Positions 19,713 to 28,713 are shown, numbered from the stretch's first letter. The stretch: 64,000 nt of DNA from an uncultured Acidobacteriota bacterium (GCA_963843385.1 CAWJJY010000007.1:858224-922223), one strand, 5' to 3'. Notes: generated by a model not told the origin, from the sequence alone. Numbers and translations: made by a program.

Positions 19713-20561
19713 ATGCCTGCTGCCTGCCGTGCCGATGTGGAAGCCCTGTTGCGTGCGCGGAAGCTGGATCGGACGCTCATTCCCGCCTGGGAACAGGCGC
19801 CGGCCGTTCATGGAGAAACCGTGTCGACCGGGGTGGCCGAGGTGGACGGCCGGCTTGGCGGGGGACTTCCGCGCGGGCAGTTGTCGGAACTGACCGGGGC
19901 CCGGTCCTCGGGGCGAACCAGCCTGTTGCTGGCGGTGCTCTCTGCGGCCACCTCGCGCGGGGAACTGGTGGCCCTGGTCGACACCTTCGACATGTTCGAC
20001 CCCCACTCGGCTGCCGCCGCGGGGGTGGATCTGGAGCGGCTGCTGTGGATCCGCGGTGATGCCTGCACGCCGGCCTTTCCCGCGCTGGCCAGCCGCCAGG
20101 CCGGGCCCGATCGGGTGATCGAACGAGCGTTGAAGGCGTTGAACCTGGTGCTGCAGGCGGGAGGATTCGGCGTGGTGGCGCTCGACCTGGCGGACGCGCC
20201 CGCCTTATCACTGCGCCACGTACCGCTCAGCACGTGGATCCGGCTTCAGCGCGTCATCGAAGGGCAGGAAACCGTGGGGCTCGTGGTGGGCACGACACCC
20301 GTGAGCCGAAGCGCCGGCGGCGTCAGCCTCGTGCTCGAACCGAGGCGGCTGCATCACGACTCGTCTCCCGCCGGGCTCCAGGTTTCGCATGTTCGCGCTG
20401 AATCCGCAGTCCCGCCGTCCGTGAATCCCGTCGGCCGGTGGTCGGGGAGCGTGCAGGGCCTGCGGGTGTTCCGTGGCCTGGAAAGCGAGGTGCGGATCCA
20501 GCGGGCGCGGATCGTTCCGGGGCGCGATGGCTGCCTGATGCAGATGGCGGCGAATGCATAA
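19713..20561 (+). CDS. imuA: ImuA / RecA-like protein of SOS mutagenesis cassette
   Basis: GGGLPRGQLSELTGARSSGRTS, ALVD..D.FDP, LVLQAGGFGVVALD; AGGAGG RBS; upstream of imuB-dnaE2. Confidence 0.88.
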   Translation: MPAACRADVEALLRARKLDRTLIPAWEQAPAVHGETVSTGVAEVDGRLGGGLPRGQLSELTGARSSGRTSLLLAVLSAATSRGELVALVDTFDMFDPHSAAAAGVDLERLLWIRGDACTPAFPALASRQAGPDRVIERALKALNLVLQAGGFGVVALDLADAPALSLRHVPLSTWIRLQRVIEGQETVGLVVGTTPVSRSAGGVSLVLEPRRLHHDSSPAGLQVSHVRAESAVPPSVNPVGRWSGSVQGLRVFRGLESEVRIQRARIVPGRDGCLMQMAANA

Positions 20562-20573
20562 CTTCGATGTGAC

Positions 20574-20810
20574 CCGGCTGGCGGCTCGCGGCTATCGGCT
20601 TTCGGCCAGTCACGGATACCTCGAGGCTCTGGCCGCTGTCGCCGTAGTCCTGACCGGCGGTGAGAGGAACACTCGGGCCATCTCTGGCAAGAGAAGCGTT
20701 CGGTTTGGCCGGTAGCCGATAGCCGAAAGCCTGACTTGCGCCGACCAAGCCGGTGATGAGCGCGCCGGCGAAGTCGCGAGCCTCAAGCCTGCCCGAAGCC
20801 CGAAACCTGC
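20574..20810. repeat. intergenic inverted pair of 7-bp repeat runs
   Basis: GGCTGGC-GGCTCGC-GGCTATC-GGCTTTC near 20576 versus GCCGGTA-GCCGATA-GCCGAAA-GCCTGAC near 20708; further GCCCGAA-type units near 20780. Confidence 0.7.
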
Positions 20811-20833
20811 ACGCTCGTGTCTGGGGGTCGTTC

Positions 20834-22996
20834 GTGTTCGCTTGTCTCTACGTGCCGCCGTCGCCTCGAGATTCCGGCCGCGAGCCTGCCCTGAGCCTCT
20901 CGACCGTGCTCGCCCTTCGATTCGCTCAGGGCGTGGTGAGCTTGTCGAACCACGAGGCTCCCCGAGCGACAGTCGAGGGGAGCGGAGTCGAAGGGCCCCT
21001 GGCCCCTGGATTGGCCGCCATCGCCCGCAGTGTTTCGCCGCGGGTCGAAGTCCATACCGGCCGTCTGGTGACACTGGATGTATCCGGGCTGGCGCGTTTG
21101 ATCGGCGAGGGAAAAGAAGTGGCGGAGCGCTTGCGGCGGGCCGCTGCCGATCACGGGATCCTGCCGGTGCGTGTCGCGATAGCCGGCACGCGCACGGCGG
21201 CAATCCTGCTGGCGCGGGCCCGCGTGGGCATCACGGTCGTGCCTGCTGGTCACGAAGCCTCGGCGCTCTCGACGCTGCCGCTCAGCACGCTGGCGGTATT
21301 GCTAGAGCTGGAAACAGGCTGGCGGCCGAGGGCTGGAGGCCGGAGGCCAGAGGCTGGTTCGCCATCGACGACAGGCGACAGGCCGGAAGAAGAGGGGACA
21401 CTCGCCACTCGCTCCCAGCCTGAAGCCCGAAGCCTGAAGCCCGAAGCCGGCAGCCTGAAGCCTGTCGCCGAAGGCCGCCAGCCGCCAGTCGCCAGCCGCC
21501 AGTCGCCAGTCGCCAGCCGCCAGCCGCCAGCCGCCAGCCGCCAGCCGGACATGGTGTCCACGTTCTTCCGTTGGGGCCTGACGACACTTGGCGACCTCGC
21601 GGCGTTGCCTTCGGCGGATTTGTCGGAACGGCTCGGGCAGCAGGGGATCTGGTGGCAGCGCGTGGCGCGGGGCGAAGACGCCGGCCCGCTGGTGCCGACA
21701 CCGGACGAGGAGCAGTTCGAGAGCACGCTCGAGCTGGAATGGCCCATCGAAGGGCTCGAGCCGCTGTCGTTCGTGCTCGGGCGGCTGCTCGAGCCGCTCT
21801 GCCAGCGCCTCGAACGGCGCGATCGCGGCGCGGCCGTGCTGCACATCCGGTTGCGGCTCGTGACGCGCGAGACGCACGCGCGCAGCCTGCAGCTGCCCGC
21901 GCCGATGCGCGACCCGCGCGTGCTGCGCACGCTGCTGCTTCTGGATCTCGAGTCGCACCCCGCTCCGGCCGGCATCGATGCGGTCACCGTCGCGATCGAT
22001 CCCACCCCGGGGCGCATCGTGCAGGAGTCGCTGCTGACGCGCGCGCTGCCGACGCCCGAGCAGATGTCGACCTTGCTGGCGCGATTGACCGCGCTGATGG
22101 GGGAGCGCCGCATTGGCGCGCCGGTCGTGCTGGATTCGCACCGGCCCGACGGCTGCGCGCTCGCGCCCTTTCGGGTGCCGGACGAAGAACGTGTGCATAC
22201 GTCAGGCGGGCGGCTGGCGGCTGGCGGCGGGCGGCCGGATCACGCCGTCCCGATGGAGGTCGGGTCTTTAGACCCGACGACGGGCGTCAGAACCGGTTCA
22301 CCACAGAGGCACGCTGCATCCGGATCGCCGGGGCTATCGACCCGGCCTGCATCTGACAGCGGCGAAGTTGCCGGGCTTGGCCTCCAGCCTCCAGCCGCCA
22401 GCCCCCAGCCTCCAGCCTCCGGCCCCAAGCCCCTGGCCCCTGGCCTGCCCGCCAGCCGCCAGCTCTTGGCACGCCGAAGCGCCGTGGGCGCGGAGGCGGC
22501 GCCAGCCGCCAGCCGCCCTTGCGTCGCCCTTCGCCGCTTCCGCCTTCCCATTGCCGTGTCCGTTGTCGTCGATCACGGGCACCCGGTGAGCGTCAGGATC
22601 GATCGGCAGGGATTGCGCGGGGGGCGCGTGGAGTCGTTTGCGGGACCGTGGCGCACCTCCGGGGAATGGTGGAAGGTCGAAGGCGCGCGCGGTCATGAGC
22701 CTTCGACTGTGCCTGGAATGGGTCGGGGGCCGGGGGCTGGAGGCTGGAGGCCGAATCACGACTGCGATCACGCACGGAAATCGGCCGGGGAATGGCGGGG
22801 CTCGATCGAAGGGCTATCACCCTCTACGCCGCCAGCCGCCAGCCGCCAGCCGCCAGCCGATCATCATGTGCCCTGGCGTGGTGCTCTCGGTTGGAATCGC
22901 GAGGAATGGGAGGTCGCGCTCGGTGACGGCGGCGTCTATCGCATCTTCGAGGATCGGGATCTCGGGCGGTGGTTCATCGAGGGGATCCTGGATTGA
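20834..22996 (+). CDS. imuB: ImuB (inactive Y-family polymerase) with repeat-derived in-frame inserts
   Basis: MFACLY start, SPRVE, LDVSGL, WGLTTLGDLAALP, GPWRTSGEWW, REEWEVAL...YRIF...WFIEG.LD. Confidence 0.9.
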   Translation: MFACLYVPPSPRDSGREPALSLSTVLALRFAQGVVSLSNHEAPRATVEGSGVEGPLAPGLAAIARSVSPRVEVHTGRLVTLDVSGLARLIGEGKEVAERLRRAAADHGILPVRVAIAGTRTAAILLARARVGITVVPAGHEASALSTLPLSTLAVLLELETGWRPRAGGRRPEAGSPSTTGDRPEEEGTLATRSQPEARSLKPEAGSLKPVAEGRQPPVASRQSPVASRQPPAASRQPDMVSTFFRWGLTTLGDLAALPSADLSERLGQQGIWWQRVARGEDAGPLVPTPDEEQFESTLELEWPIEGLEPLSFVLGRLLEPLCQRLERRDRGAAVLHIRLRLVTRETHARSLQLPAPMRDPRVLRTLLLLDLESHPAPAGIDAVTVAIDPTPGRIVQESLLTRALPTPEQMSTLLARLTALMGERRIGAPVVLDSHRPDGCALAPFRVPDEERVHTSGGRLAAGGGRPDHAVPMEVGSLDPTTGVRTGSPQRHAASGSPGLSTRPASDSGEVAGLGLQPPAASPQPPASGPKPLAPGLPASRQLLARRSAVGAEAAPAASRPCVALRRFRLPIAVSVVVDHGHPVSVRIDRQGLRGGRVESFAGPWRTSGEWWKVEGARGHEPSTVPGMGRGPGAGGWRPNHDCDHARKSAGEWRGSIEGLSPSTPPAASRQPPADHHVPWRGALGWNREEWEVALGDGGVYRIFEDRDLGRWFIEGILD
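20889..20995. repeat. nested REP-like palindromic element inside imuB
   Basis: CCCTGAGC...GAGCGGAGTCGAAGGG enclosing CTCGACCGTGCTCG...CCCGAGCGACAGTCGAGGG enclosing CCCTTCGATTCGCTCAGGG-GTGGTGAGCTTGTCGAACCAC. Confidence 0.7.
21317..21550. repeat. bipartite heptamer array, imuB insert 1
   Basis: six GGCYRGN-type units at 21317-21358, then 20 consecutive 7-bp units (GCCTGAA/GCCCGAA/GCCGCCA/GTCGCCA) at 21411-21550. Confidence 0.9.
22205..22517. repeat. bipartite heptamer array, imuB insert 2
   Basis: GGCGGGC/GGCTGGC run, then GCCTCCA/GCCGCCA/GCCCCTG run from about 22380. Confidence 0.85.
22722..22860. repeat. bipartite heptamer array, imuB insert 3
   Basis: GGCCGGG-GGCTGGA-GGCTGGA, then (GCCGCCA)x4. 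Confidence 0.85.
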
Positions 22997-25900
22997 TCGA
23001 ACTCCACTGCTCGTCCGCCTTCAGCTTTCTCGAAGCGGCCTCGCTGCCCGAAACGCTCGTCGAGCGCGCGGCGGCCCTGGGCTATCCGGCGCTGGCGCTG
23101 CTCGATCGCGACGGGGTGTATGGCGCCCCGCGCTTTCACAAGGCGGCCCGCGCGGCGGGCATCAAGCCGATCATCGGATGTGAGCTCACGCTAGGGGCTG
23201 GGGGCTGGAGGCTGGAGGCTGGAGGCCTGTCTACACGCGGGCTTCGGGGTGTTGCGACGCGAGTCCCTCGAGCCGAGCCGCTCGGCGTCAGTTCGACAAA
23301 CGCACCGCAGGGGCCGAAATCCGGGATGGGCTGGGGACCCATCCCTGCCGCCGACAGCACCCCGGAGGCGCGTTTGACCGGCGAGTGCGAGCGGGACCGC
23401 GGAACAACATCCCGCAGCCCGCGCCAGCCGCTGGCCGCCAGCCGCCGGCCGCCAGCCGCCAGCCTCCAGTCTTCCGCCTGGCGTCTCCCCGTCCTGGTCG
23501 AATCCCGCGAGGGCTACCGGAGTCTCTGCCGCCTCCTCACGCTCATGAAGCTTCGTTCGCCCAAGGGCGAAGGTGCGCTCACCTTGGGTGAACTCGAGGG
23601 ACGGACCGCGGGGCTGATTGCGATCGCGGGCCGCGAGGTGCTTTCGGCGAACCGCCACGGCGTGGGCGGCCTGCTCGATCGGCTCGTCGGGATGTTCGGC
23701 CGCGCCAACGTCTGCCTGGAGATGCAGCGTCACTTCCTCCGAGACGAGGAAACCGACAACGAGGTGCTGCGCGATCTGGCCGCGGCGTTTCACGTGCCGC
23801 TCATCGTCTCGAACGGCGTCCGGTTCGCGGATCCCGTCGAGCGTCCGCTCTACGACGTGCTCACGTGCATCCGTCACAAGACCACGCTCGATCGGGCCGG
23901 GCGCCGGCTGGCGCGGAATGCCGAGCGATACCTGAAGCCGCCCGCCGAGATGATCGAGTTGTTCCGTGATTGCCCCGAGGCGGTCGCCGCCACGCGGGAG
24001 CTGGCCGATCGCATCGAGTACTCGATGGCGGACCTCGGTTATCGGTTTCCGGACTACCCGGTGCCGGACGGGGAGACGCCCAGCTCGTTCCTGCGCGCCA
24101 TCACGCTGGTCGGGGCGCGCGAACGCTACCGCCCGTTCCACGACAAGGCGCGGGCGCAGATCACACGCGAGCTCGACCTGATCGAAAAGCTCGACCTCGC
24201 CGGCTACTTCCTGATCGTCTGGGACATCGTCAACTTCTGCCGGCAGGAACAGATCCTCGTGCAGGGGCGCGGGTCGGCCGCCAACAGCGCCGTCTGCTAC
24301 AGCCTGGGGATCACGGCCGTCGATCCGGTGGGCATGGACCTGCTCTTCGAGCGGTTCCTGTCGGAGGAGCGCGGCGAGTGGCCCGACATCGATCTCGATC
24401 TGCCGAGCGGGGATCGGCGGGAGCGCGTCATCCAGCACGTCTACGAAAAGTACGGCCGGCACGGCGCCGCCATGACGGCCAACGTCATCACCTACCGGGG
24501 GCGGAGCGCCGCGCGCGAGGTCGGGAAGACGCTGGGAATGGAGGCCGCGCAGATCGATCGCCTCTCCAGGGTCCTGGGCCATTTCGAGTTCATCGACCAG
24601 GACGAAAGCCTGCCCCGCGATCTGCGCGCTTCCGGCTTCGACCCCGATCACGCGCAGGTGAAGCTGTTCGCCGATCTCTGGCGGCGCATCCAGGATCTGC
24701 CGCGCCACCTCGGCCAGCACTCGGGCGGCATGGTGCTCTGCCAGGGCCGCCTCGACGATGTGGTGCCGCTGGAGAATGCGTCGATGCCGGGCCGCGTGGT
24801 GGTGCAGTGGGACAAGGAGGACTGCGCCGACATGGGCCTCATCAAGATCGATCTGCTGGGCCTCGGGATGATGGCGGCCCTGCAGGACGCATTCGAGACC
24901 ATCAATCGGCGCCGTACCCCCGGGACCCTGCCGGTCGAGCTGTGGACGCTGCCGCCCGACGACCCGACCGTCTACGACATGTTCCAGCGCGCCGACACGG
25001 TGGGCGTGTTCCAGATCGAATCGCGCGCGCAGATGGCGACCCTGCCGCGCCTCAAGCCCGCGCACTTCTACGACCTGGTGGTCGAAGTCGCGCTCATCCG
25101 CCCCGGGCCCATCGTCGGCCAGATGGTGCATCCGTACCTGAACCGGCGGGCGGGCCGCGAGGAGGTGACCTATCCGCATCCGTCGCTGGAGCCGATCCTG
25201 AAGCGCACAATGGGCGTGCCGCTCTTCCAGGAGCAGTTGCTGCGCATCGCGATGGTGGCGGCGGGGTTTTCGGGTGGGCAGGCCGAGGAGCTGCGGCGCG
25301 CGATGGGCTTCAAACGGTCCGAGCAGCGGATGAAGAAGATCGAGGTGCAGCTGCGGGAGGGCATGGCGCGGAAGGGCATCACCGGGGAGGCTGCCGACGC
25401 CATCGTCAAGTCGATCAGCTCGTTTGCGCTCTACGGCTTTCCCGAGTCGCACGCGGCGAGCTTCGCGCTGCTGGTCTATGCGAGCGGGTACCTGAAGGCG
25501 CATTTCCCGGGCGCGTTCTATGCGGCGCTGCTCAACAACCAGCCGATGGGGTTCTACCATCCCGCCTCGCTCGTGAAGGACGCGCAGCGGCACGGCGTGC
25601 GGTTCGCGAGCATCGATGTCCTGCACTCGGACTGGGACTGCCAGGTGGCAGCCGACGGGACCATTCGCCTGGGGCTGCGCTACGTGAATGGGTTGCGCCA
25701 GACGGTTGGAAGGGCAATAGAGCAGGCGCAGGAATGGCTGGCGGCTGACGGCTGGAGGCTGGCGGCGGCCCAACACGCGCCAGATGTAAGCCATGTCCTG
25801 AGACGGGACGGAGAAAGCGAACCAGTGCCCGGCCGCCAGCCTCCGGCCTCCAGCCTCCGGCCTGATCTGAGTGCACCCGAAGGGCCGCCAGCCTCCATCC

Positions 25901-26991
25901 CCCAGCCTCCAGCCCCCCGCTGTCCCAAGTGCGGCTGCGACGATCCGTCCATGCTCGAGCGTGTGGAAACCGGCCGCGCGGTGGCGTGGTTCTGCAATAC
26001 CTGCGCGCACGACTGGGAGGAGCCGCGCCAGGTCCGCCGGTTCCGCTCGATCGAGGATCTGATTCGCCGGACCGGCGTCAATCGGGAGGAGTTGGCCGTC
26101 CTGGCGGAGATCGGCGCGCTCAACGCGTTCGGGCATCATCGGCGCGAAGCGCTGTGGCAGATCGAGCGGGCGGTGCGGCCGGCGGGGGAGTTGTTCGAGG
26201 AGGACAGCGAGGGCGCGCCGGAATCAGATGCAGGCCGGGCCCTCGGCGGAGGGGCTGGGGACTCGCCAGGCGCTGGTGCAGAGGGCTGGGAGCTGGAGAC
26301 TGGGGGCTGGAGGCCAGATCTCGGCGGGGATCGCGGGCGACAACAAGGGGCGTCCCTGGACAAACTGAACGGTGTAGGAGGCGAACCAGCGCCGAGCGCC
26401 CAGCGCCTGGCCCCTGATGTTCGGCGCAGCCGTGGCGAACCAGCGTCGCCGCCAGCCGCCAGCCGCCAACCGCCAGCCGCCAGCCGCCGGCCGCCAGCCG
26501 CCAGCCGCCAACCGCCAGCCGCCAGCCGCCAGCCGCCAGCCGTGTCAGATGCCAGCGTCTGCCCGTTGCGGCCGATGAACCTGTCGGAGCGGCTCGTGGC
26601 CGACTATGCCGGGACCAGCCTGACCATCGGGCCGCATCCGATGGCGCTGCGCCGCCAGGAGCTGGCGCTGCGCGGGGTGCTGCGGTCGGGCAATCTCCCG
26701 CGTGAGCGGCAGGGCAGGCGGGTTCGCGTGGCGGGCACGGTGATTACCCGCCAGCGCCCCGGGACGGCCAAGGGATTCGTGTTCCTGACGCTCGAAGATG
26801 AAACCGGCATCGCCAACATCATCGTCCGGCCGGACCTGTTCGCACGCCAGCGCCTCACGATTCTCGAAGAAGCGTTCCTGCTGGTGGAAGGCGTCCTCCA
26901 GAACCAGGAAGGCGTGGTCTCGGTAAGGGCCGAGCGGCTGGAAGGCATTCCCGGCGTGCCCATCGACATCGACTCGCACGATTTCTATTAG
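22993..26991 (+). CDS. dnaE2: error-prone DNA polymerase DnaE2 (ImuC) with repeat-derived inserts and a Zn-ribbon insert
   Basis: ELHCSSAFSFL PHP start, QGRGSAANS, PDIDLD, HLGQHSGG, KIDLLGLG, FPESHAASF, RQRPGTAKG, terminal SHDF motif; TTG start overlaps imuB stop. Confidence 0.95.
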   Translation: MIELHCSSAFSFLEAASLPETLVERAAALGYPALALLDRDGVYGAPRFHKAARAAGIKPIIGCELTLGAGGWRLEAGGLSTRGLRGVATRVPRAEPLGVSSTNAPQGPKSGMGWGPIPAADSTPEARLTGECERDRGTTSRSPRQPLAASRRPPAASLQSSAWRLPVLVESREGYRSLCRLLTLMKLRSPKGEGALTLGELEGRTAGLIAIAGREVLSANRHGVGGLLDRLVGMFGRANVCLEMQRHFLRDEETDNEVLRDLAAAFHVPLIVSNGVRFADPVERPLYDVLTCIRHKTTLDRAGRRLARNAERYLKPPAEMIELFRDCPEAVAATRELADRIEYSMADLGYRFPDYPVPDGETPSSFLRAITLVGARERYRPFHDKARAQITRELDLIEKLDLAGYFLIVWDIVNFCRQEQILVQGRGSAANSAVCYSLGITAVDPVGMDLLFERFLSEERGEWPDIDLDLPSGDRRERVIQHVYEKYGRHGAAMTANVITYRGRSAAREVGKTLGMEAAQIDRLSRVLGHFEFIDQDESLPRDLRASGFDPDHAQVKLFADLWRRIQDLPRHLGQHSGGMVLCQGRLDDVVPLENASMPGRVVVQWDKEDCADMGLIKIDLLGLGMMAALQDAFETINRRRTPGTLPVELWTLPPDDPTVYDMFQRADTVGVFQIESRAQMATLPRLKPAHFYDLVVEVALIRPGPIVGQMVHPYLNRRAGREEVTYPHPSLEPILKRTMGVPLFQEQLLRIAMVAAGFSGGQAEELRRAMGFKRSEQRMKKIEVQLREGMARKGITGEAADAIVKSISSFALYGFPESHAASFALLVYASGYLKAHFPGAFYAALLNNQPMGFYHPASLVKDAQRHGVRFASIDVLHSDWDCQVAADGTIRLGLRYVNGLRQTVGRAIEQAQEWLAADGWRLAAAQHAPDVSHVLRRDGESEPVPGRQPPASSLRPDLSAPEGPPASIPQPPAPRCPKCGCDDPSMLERVETGRAVAWFCNTCAHDWEEPRQVRRFRSIEDLIRRTGVNREELAVLAEIGALNAFGHHRREALWQIERAVRPAGELFEEDSEGAPESDAGRALGGGAGDSPGAGAEGWELETGGWRPDLGGDRGRQQGASLDKLNGVGGEPAPSAQRLAPDVRRSRGEPASPPAASRQPPAASRRPPAASRQPPAASRQPPAVSDASVCPLRPMNLSERLVADYAGTSLTIGPHPMALRRQELALRGVLRSGNLPRERQGRRVRVAGTVITRQRPGTAKGFVFLTLEDETGIANIIVRPDLFARQRLTILEEAFLLVEGVLQNQEGVVSVRAERLEGIPGVPIDIDSHDFY
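23194..23480. repeat. bipartite heptamer array, dnaE2 insert 1 (PHP domain)
   Basis: (GGCTGGR)x4, then GCCGCCA/GCCTCCA run. Confidence 0.85.
25736..25918. repeat. bipartite heptamer array, dnaE2 insert 2
   Basis: GGCTGGC-GGCTGAC-GGCTGGA-GGCTGGC, then two GCCTCCA-type runs. Confidence 0.85.
26251..26542. repeat. bipartite heptamer array, dnaE2 insert 3 (before OB fold)
   Basis: GGCTGGG/AGCTGGA/GACTGGG/GGCTGGA run, then about 13 RCCGCCR units at 26448-26542. Confidence 0.9.
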
Positions 26992-27113
26992 GGGCCTGAC
27001 GCTCGCTCGGCTGGGGGCCGGAGGCTGGAGGCTGGCGGCCTGCATGCCGGAATCTCGACTCCGCAGCGGCTTGACACGACCGTTGAGGTGACACACGATG
27101 ACTTGCTGGCTGC

Positions 27114-28412
27114 ATGACACCCCGACCTTCGCACCCGGACAGGCAGGCGACGCTCGAGTATGACGCGCCCCCTCGGCATCGAACCTGCGACGCCTTCGAA
27201 CACGATCTCCGGACGTTTCGCTGGGAGGGCAAACCGACCGCGGTGGGCTCGACCGCCGTTGAGGTTGGTGACGGGAGGAGGCAGGCAGTCCCGACCTATA
27301 CGAACGAATTCTGGACGAGCCGCCAGCGAGTCGCCCACAGCCTCCATGAGATTTCCTATCGCGCCTGTTTCAAGCCCCAACTGCCGGGATTCTTCATCGA
27401 GCGGCTGACCGGGCCGGGGGACGTCGTCTACGATCCGTTCATGGGGCGCGGCACGACGCTGCTCGAGGCCGCGCTTTGTGGGCGCGTCCCCGCCGGCTGC
27501 GACACCAATCCCCTCAGCGCCGTGCTGCTGGCCCCGCGTCTCGACCCGCCGGCGCTCGCCGAGGTCAGGGACCGTCTCGACGCCATCCCCCTCGAGCACA
27601 CGTCTGCAATCCGCGAAGACCTGCTCGTCTTCTATCACCGGGCGACGCTTCGTGCGATCTGCGCGCTGCGCGAGTACCTGCTGGCCCGTGCGACAACGGG
27701 AACCCTCGACCGCGTCGATCGATGGATCAGGATGGTGGCCGTCAATCGCCTCACTGGCCACTCACCAGGGTTCTTCTCGGTGTACACGCTGCCGCCCAAT
27801 CAGGCGACCTCCGTGGGCGCGCAACGGAAGATCAACCACGCAAGGAATCAGAAGCCGACGTTGCGCGACGTGCCCGAACTGATCCTGCGCAAGACCCGGA
27901 CGCTGCTGAAGGACTGCGACGGGGCGAGTCGCGTCGCGCTCGGGCTGAGGTCGGGCTCCGCCCGCATCCTGACTGGCCAGGCCGATTCGACCCCGGACTT
28001 GCCCGCGGGGTCGGTCGACCTGGTTGTGACCTCGCCGCCGTTTCTCAACGTGGTCAACTACACGGCTGACAACTGGCTGCGCTGCTGGTTCTGCGACATT
28101 GATCCCGACACGGTCCGCCTGACCGTTCCGGTCAGCCTCAACAGCTGGCGGCAGGCGATGACGCTGGTGCTGCGCGAACTGGAGCGTGTGCTCGCGCCGG
28201 GTGGCTGGGTGGCATTCGAAGTCGGAGAGGTCCGCGGCGGCAGCGTCAAGCTCGAGGAGACCGTGGTCCGGTGCGGCGTCGACGCCGCGCTCGAACCGGC
28301 CCTGATCCTCATCAATGCGCAGCGATTCACCAAGACGTCCAATGTCTGGGGCGTCGCGAACAACCGCCTTGGGACCAACACGAACCGCGTCGTGGTGTTC
28401 AGGAAGCGATGA
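27114..28412 (+). CDS. orphan amino-DNA methyltransferase (N4-C/N6-A type)
   Basis: motif I YDPFMGRGTT and motif IV VTSPPF; no adjacent restriction nuclease. Confidence 0.85.
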   Translation: MTPRPSHPDRQATLEYDAPPRHRTCDAFEHDLRTFRWEGKPTAVGSTAVEVGDGRRQAVPTYTNEFWTSRQRVAHSLHEISYRACFKPQLPGFFIERLTGPGDVVYDPFMGRGTTLLEAALCGRVPAGCDTNPLSAVLLAPRLDPPALAEVRDRLDAIPLEHTSAIREDLLVFYHRATLRAICALREYLLARATTGTLDRVDRWIRMVAVNRLTGHSPGFFSVYTLPPNQATSVGAQRKINHARNQKPTLRDVPELILRKTRTLLKDCDGASRVALGLRSGSARILTGQADSTPDLPAGSVDLVVTSPPFLNVVNYTADNWLRCWFCDIDPDTVRLTVPVSLNSWRQAMTLVLRELERVLAPGGWVAFEVGEVRGGSVKLEETVVRCGVDAALEPALILINAQRFTKTSNVWGVANNRLGTNTNRVVVFRKR

Positions 28413-28494
28413 GATCGCGCGTTGACGCTTGGCCAACCAGCCTCGAGTGCCCTGGCTATTCGCCGGGGCGCCTGGCCTCCTGTGGGACTCAGAG

Positions 28495-28713
28495 ATGAAC
28501 TGCTGGGAGTTCAAGAAGTGCGGTCGTGACGCGGGCGGGGCCATGGTCGCCCGGCTCGGTCCGTGCCCGGCGTATCCGGACCACGGCACAACCTGCGCGA
28601 GCACGGCCGGGACCCTGTGTGGCGGCACCGTGCAGGGGACCTTCGCGTCGAAGCTGGCGACCTGCCTGGAATGCGACTTCTTCCGAAGCCAGCACTACGC
28701 AAAACAGAGCTAG
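28495..28713 (+). CDS. small Cys-rich two-CW-domain-like protein
   Basis: MNCWEFKKCGR...CPAY...C...AGTLCGG.VQG.FA.K...C..CDFF. Confidence 0.8.
   Translation: MNCWEFKKCGRDAGGAMVARLGPCPAYPDHGTTCASTAGTLCGGTVQGTFASKLATCLECDFFRSQHYAKQS

Noticed and set aside
21411..21550. Repeat arrays as CRISPR
   Set aside because: Contiguous 7-bp units without unique 30-40 bp spacers; no cas genes in the window.
22993..26991. DnaE2 inserts as inteins
   Set aside because: No C/S...HN-C/S/T splice junction motifs or homing endonuclease; the inserts are repeat-derived low complexity.
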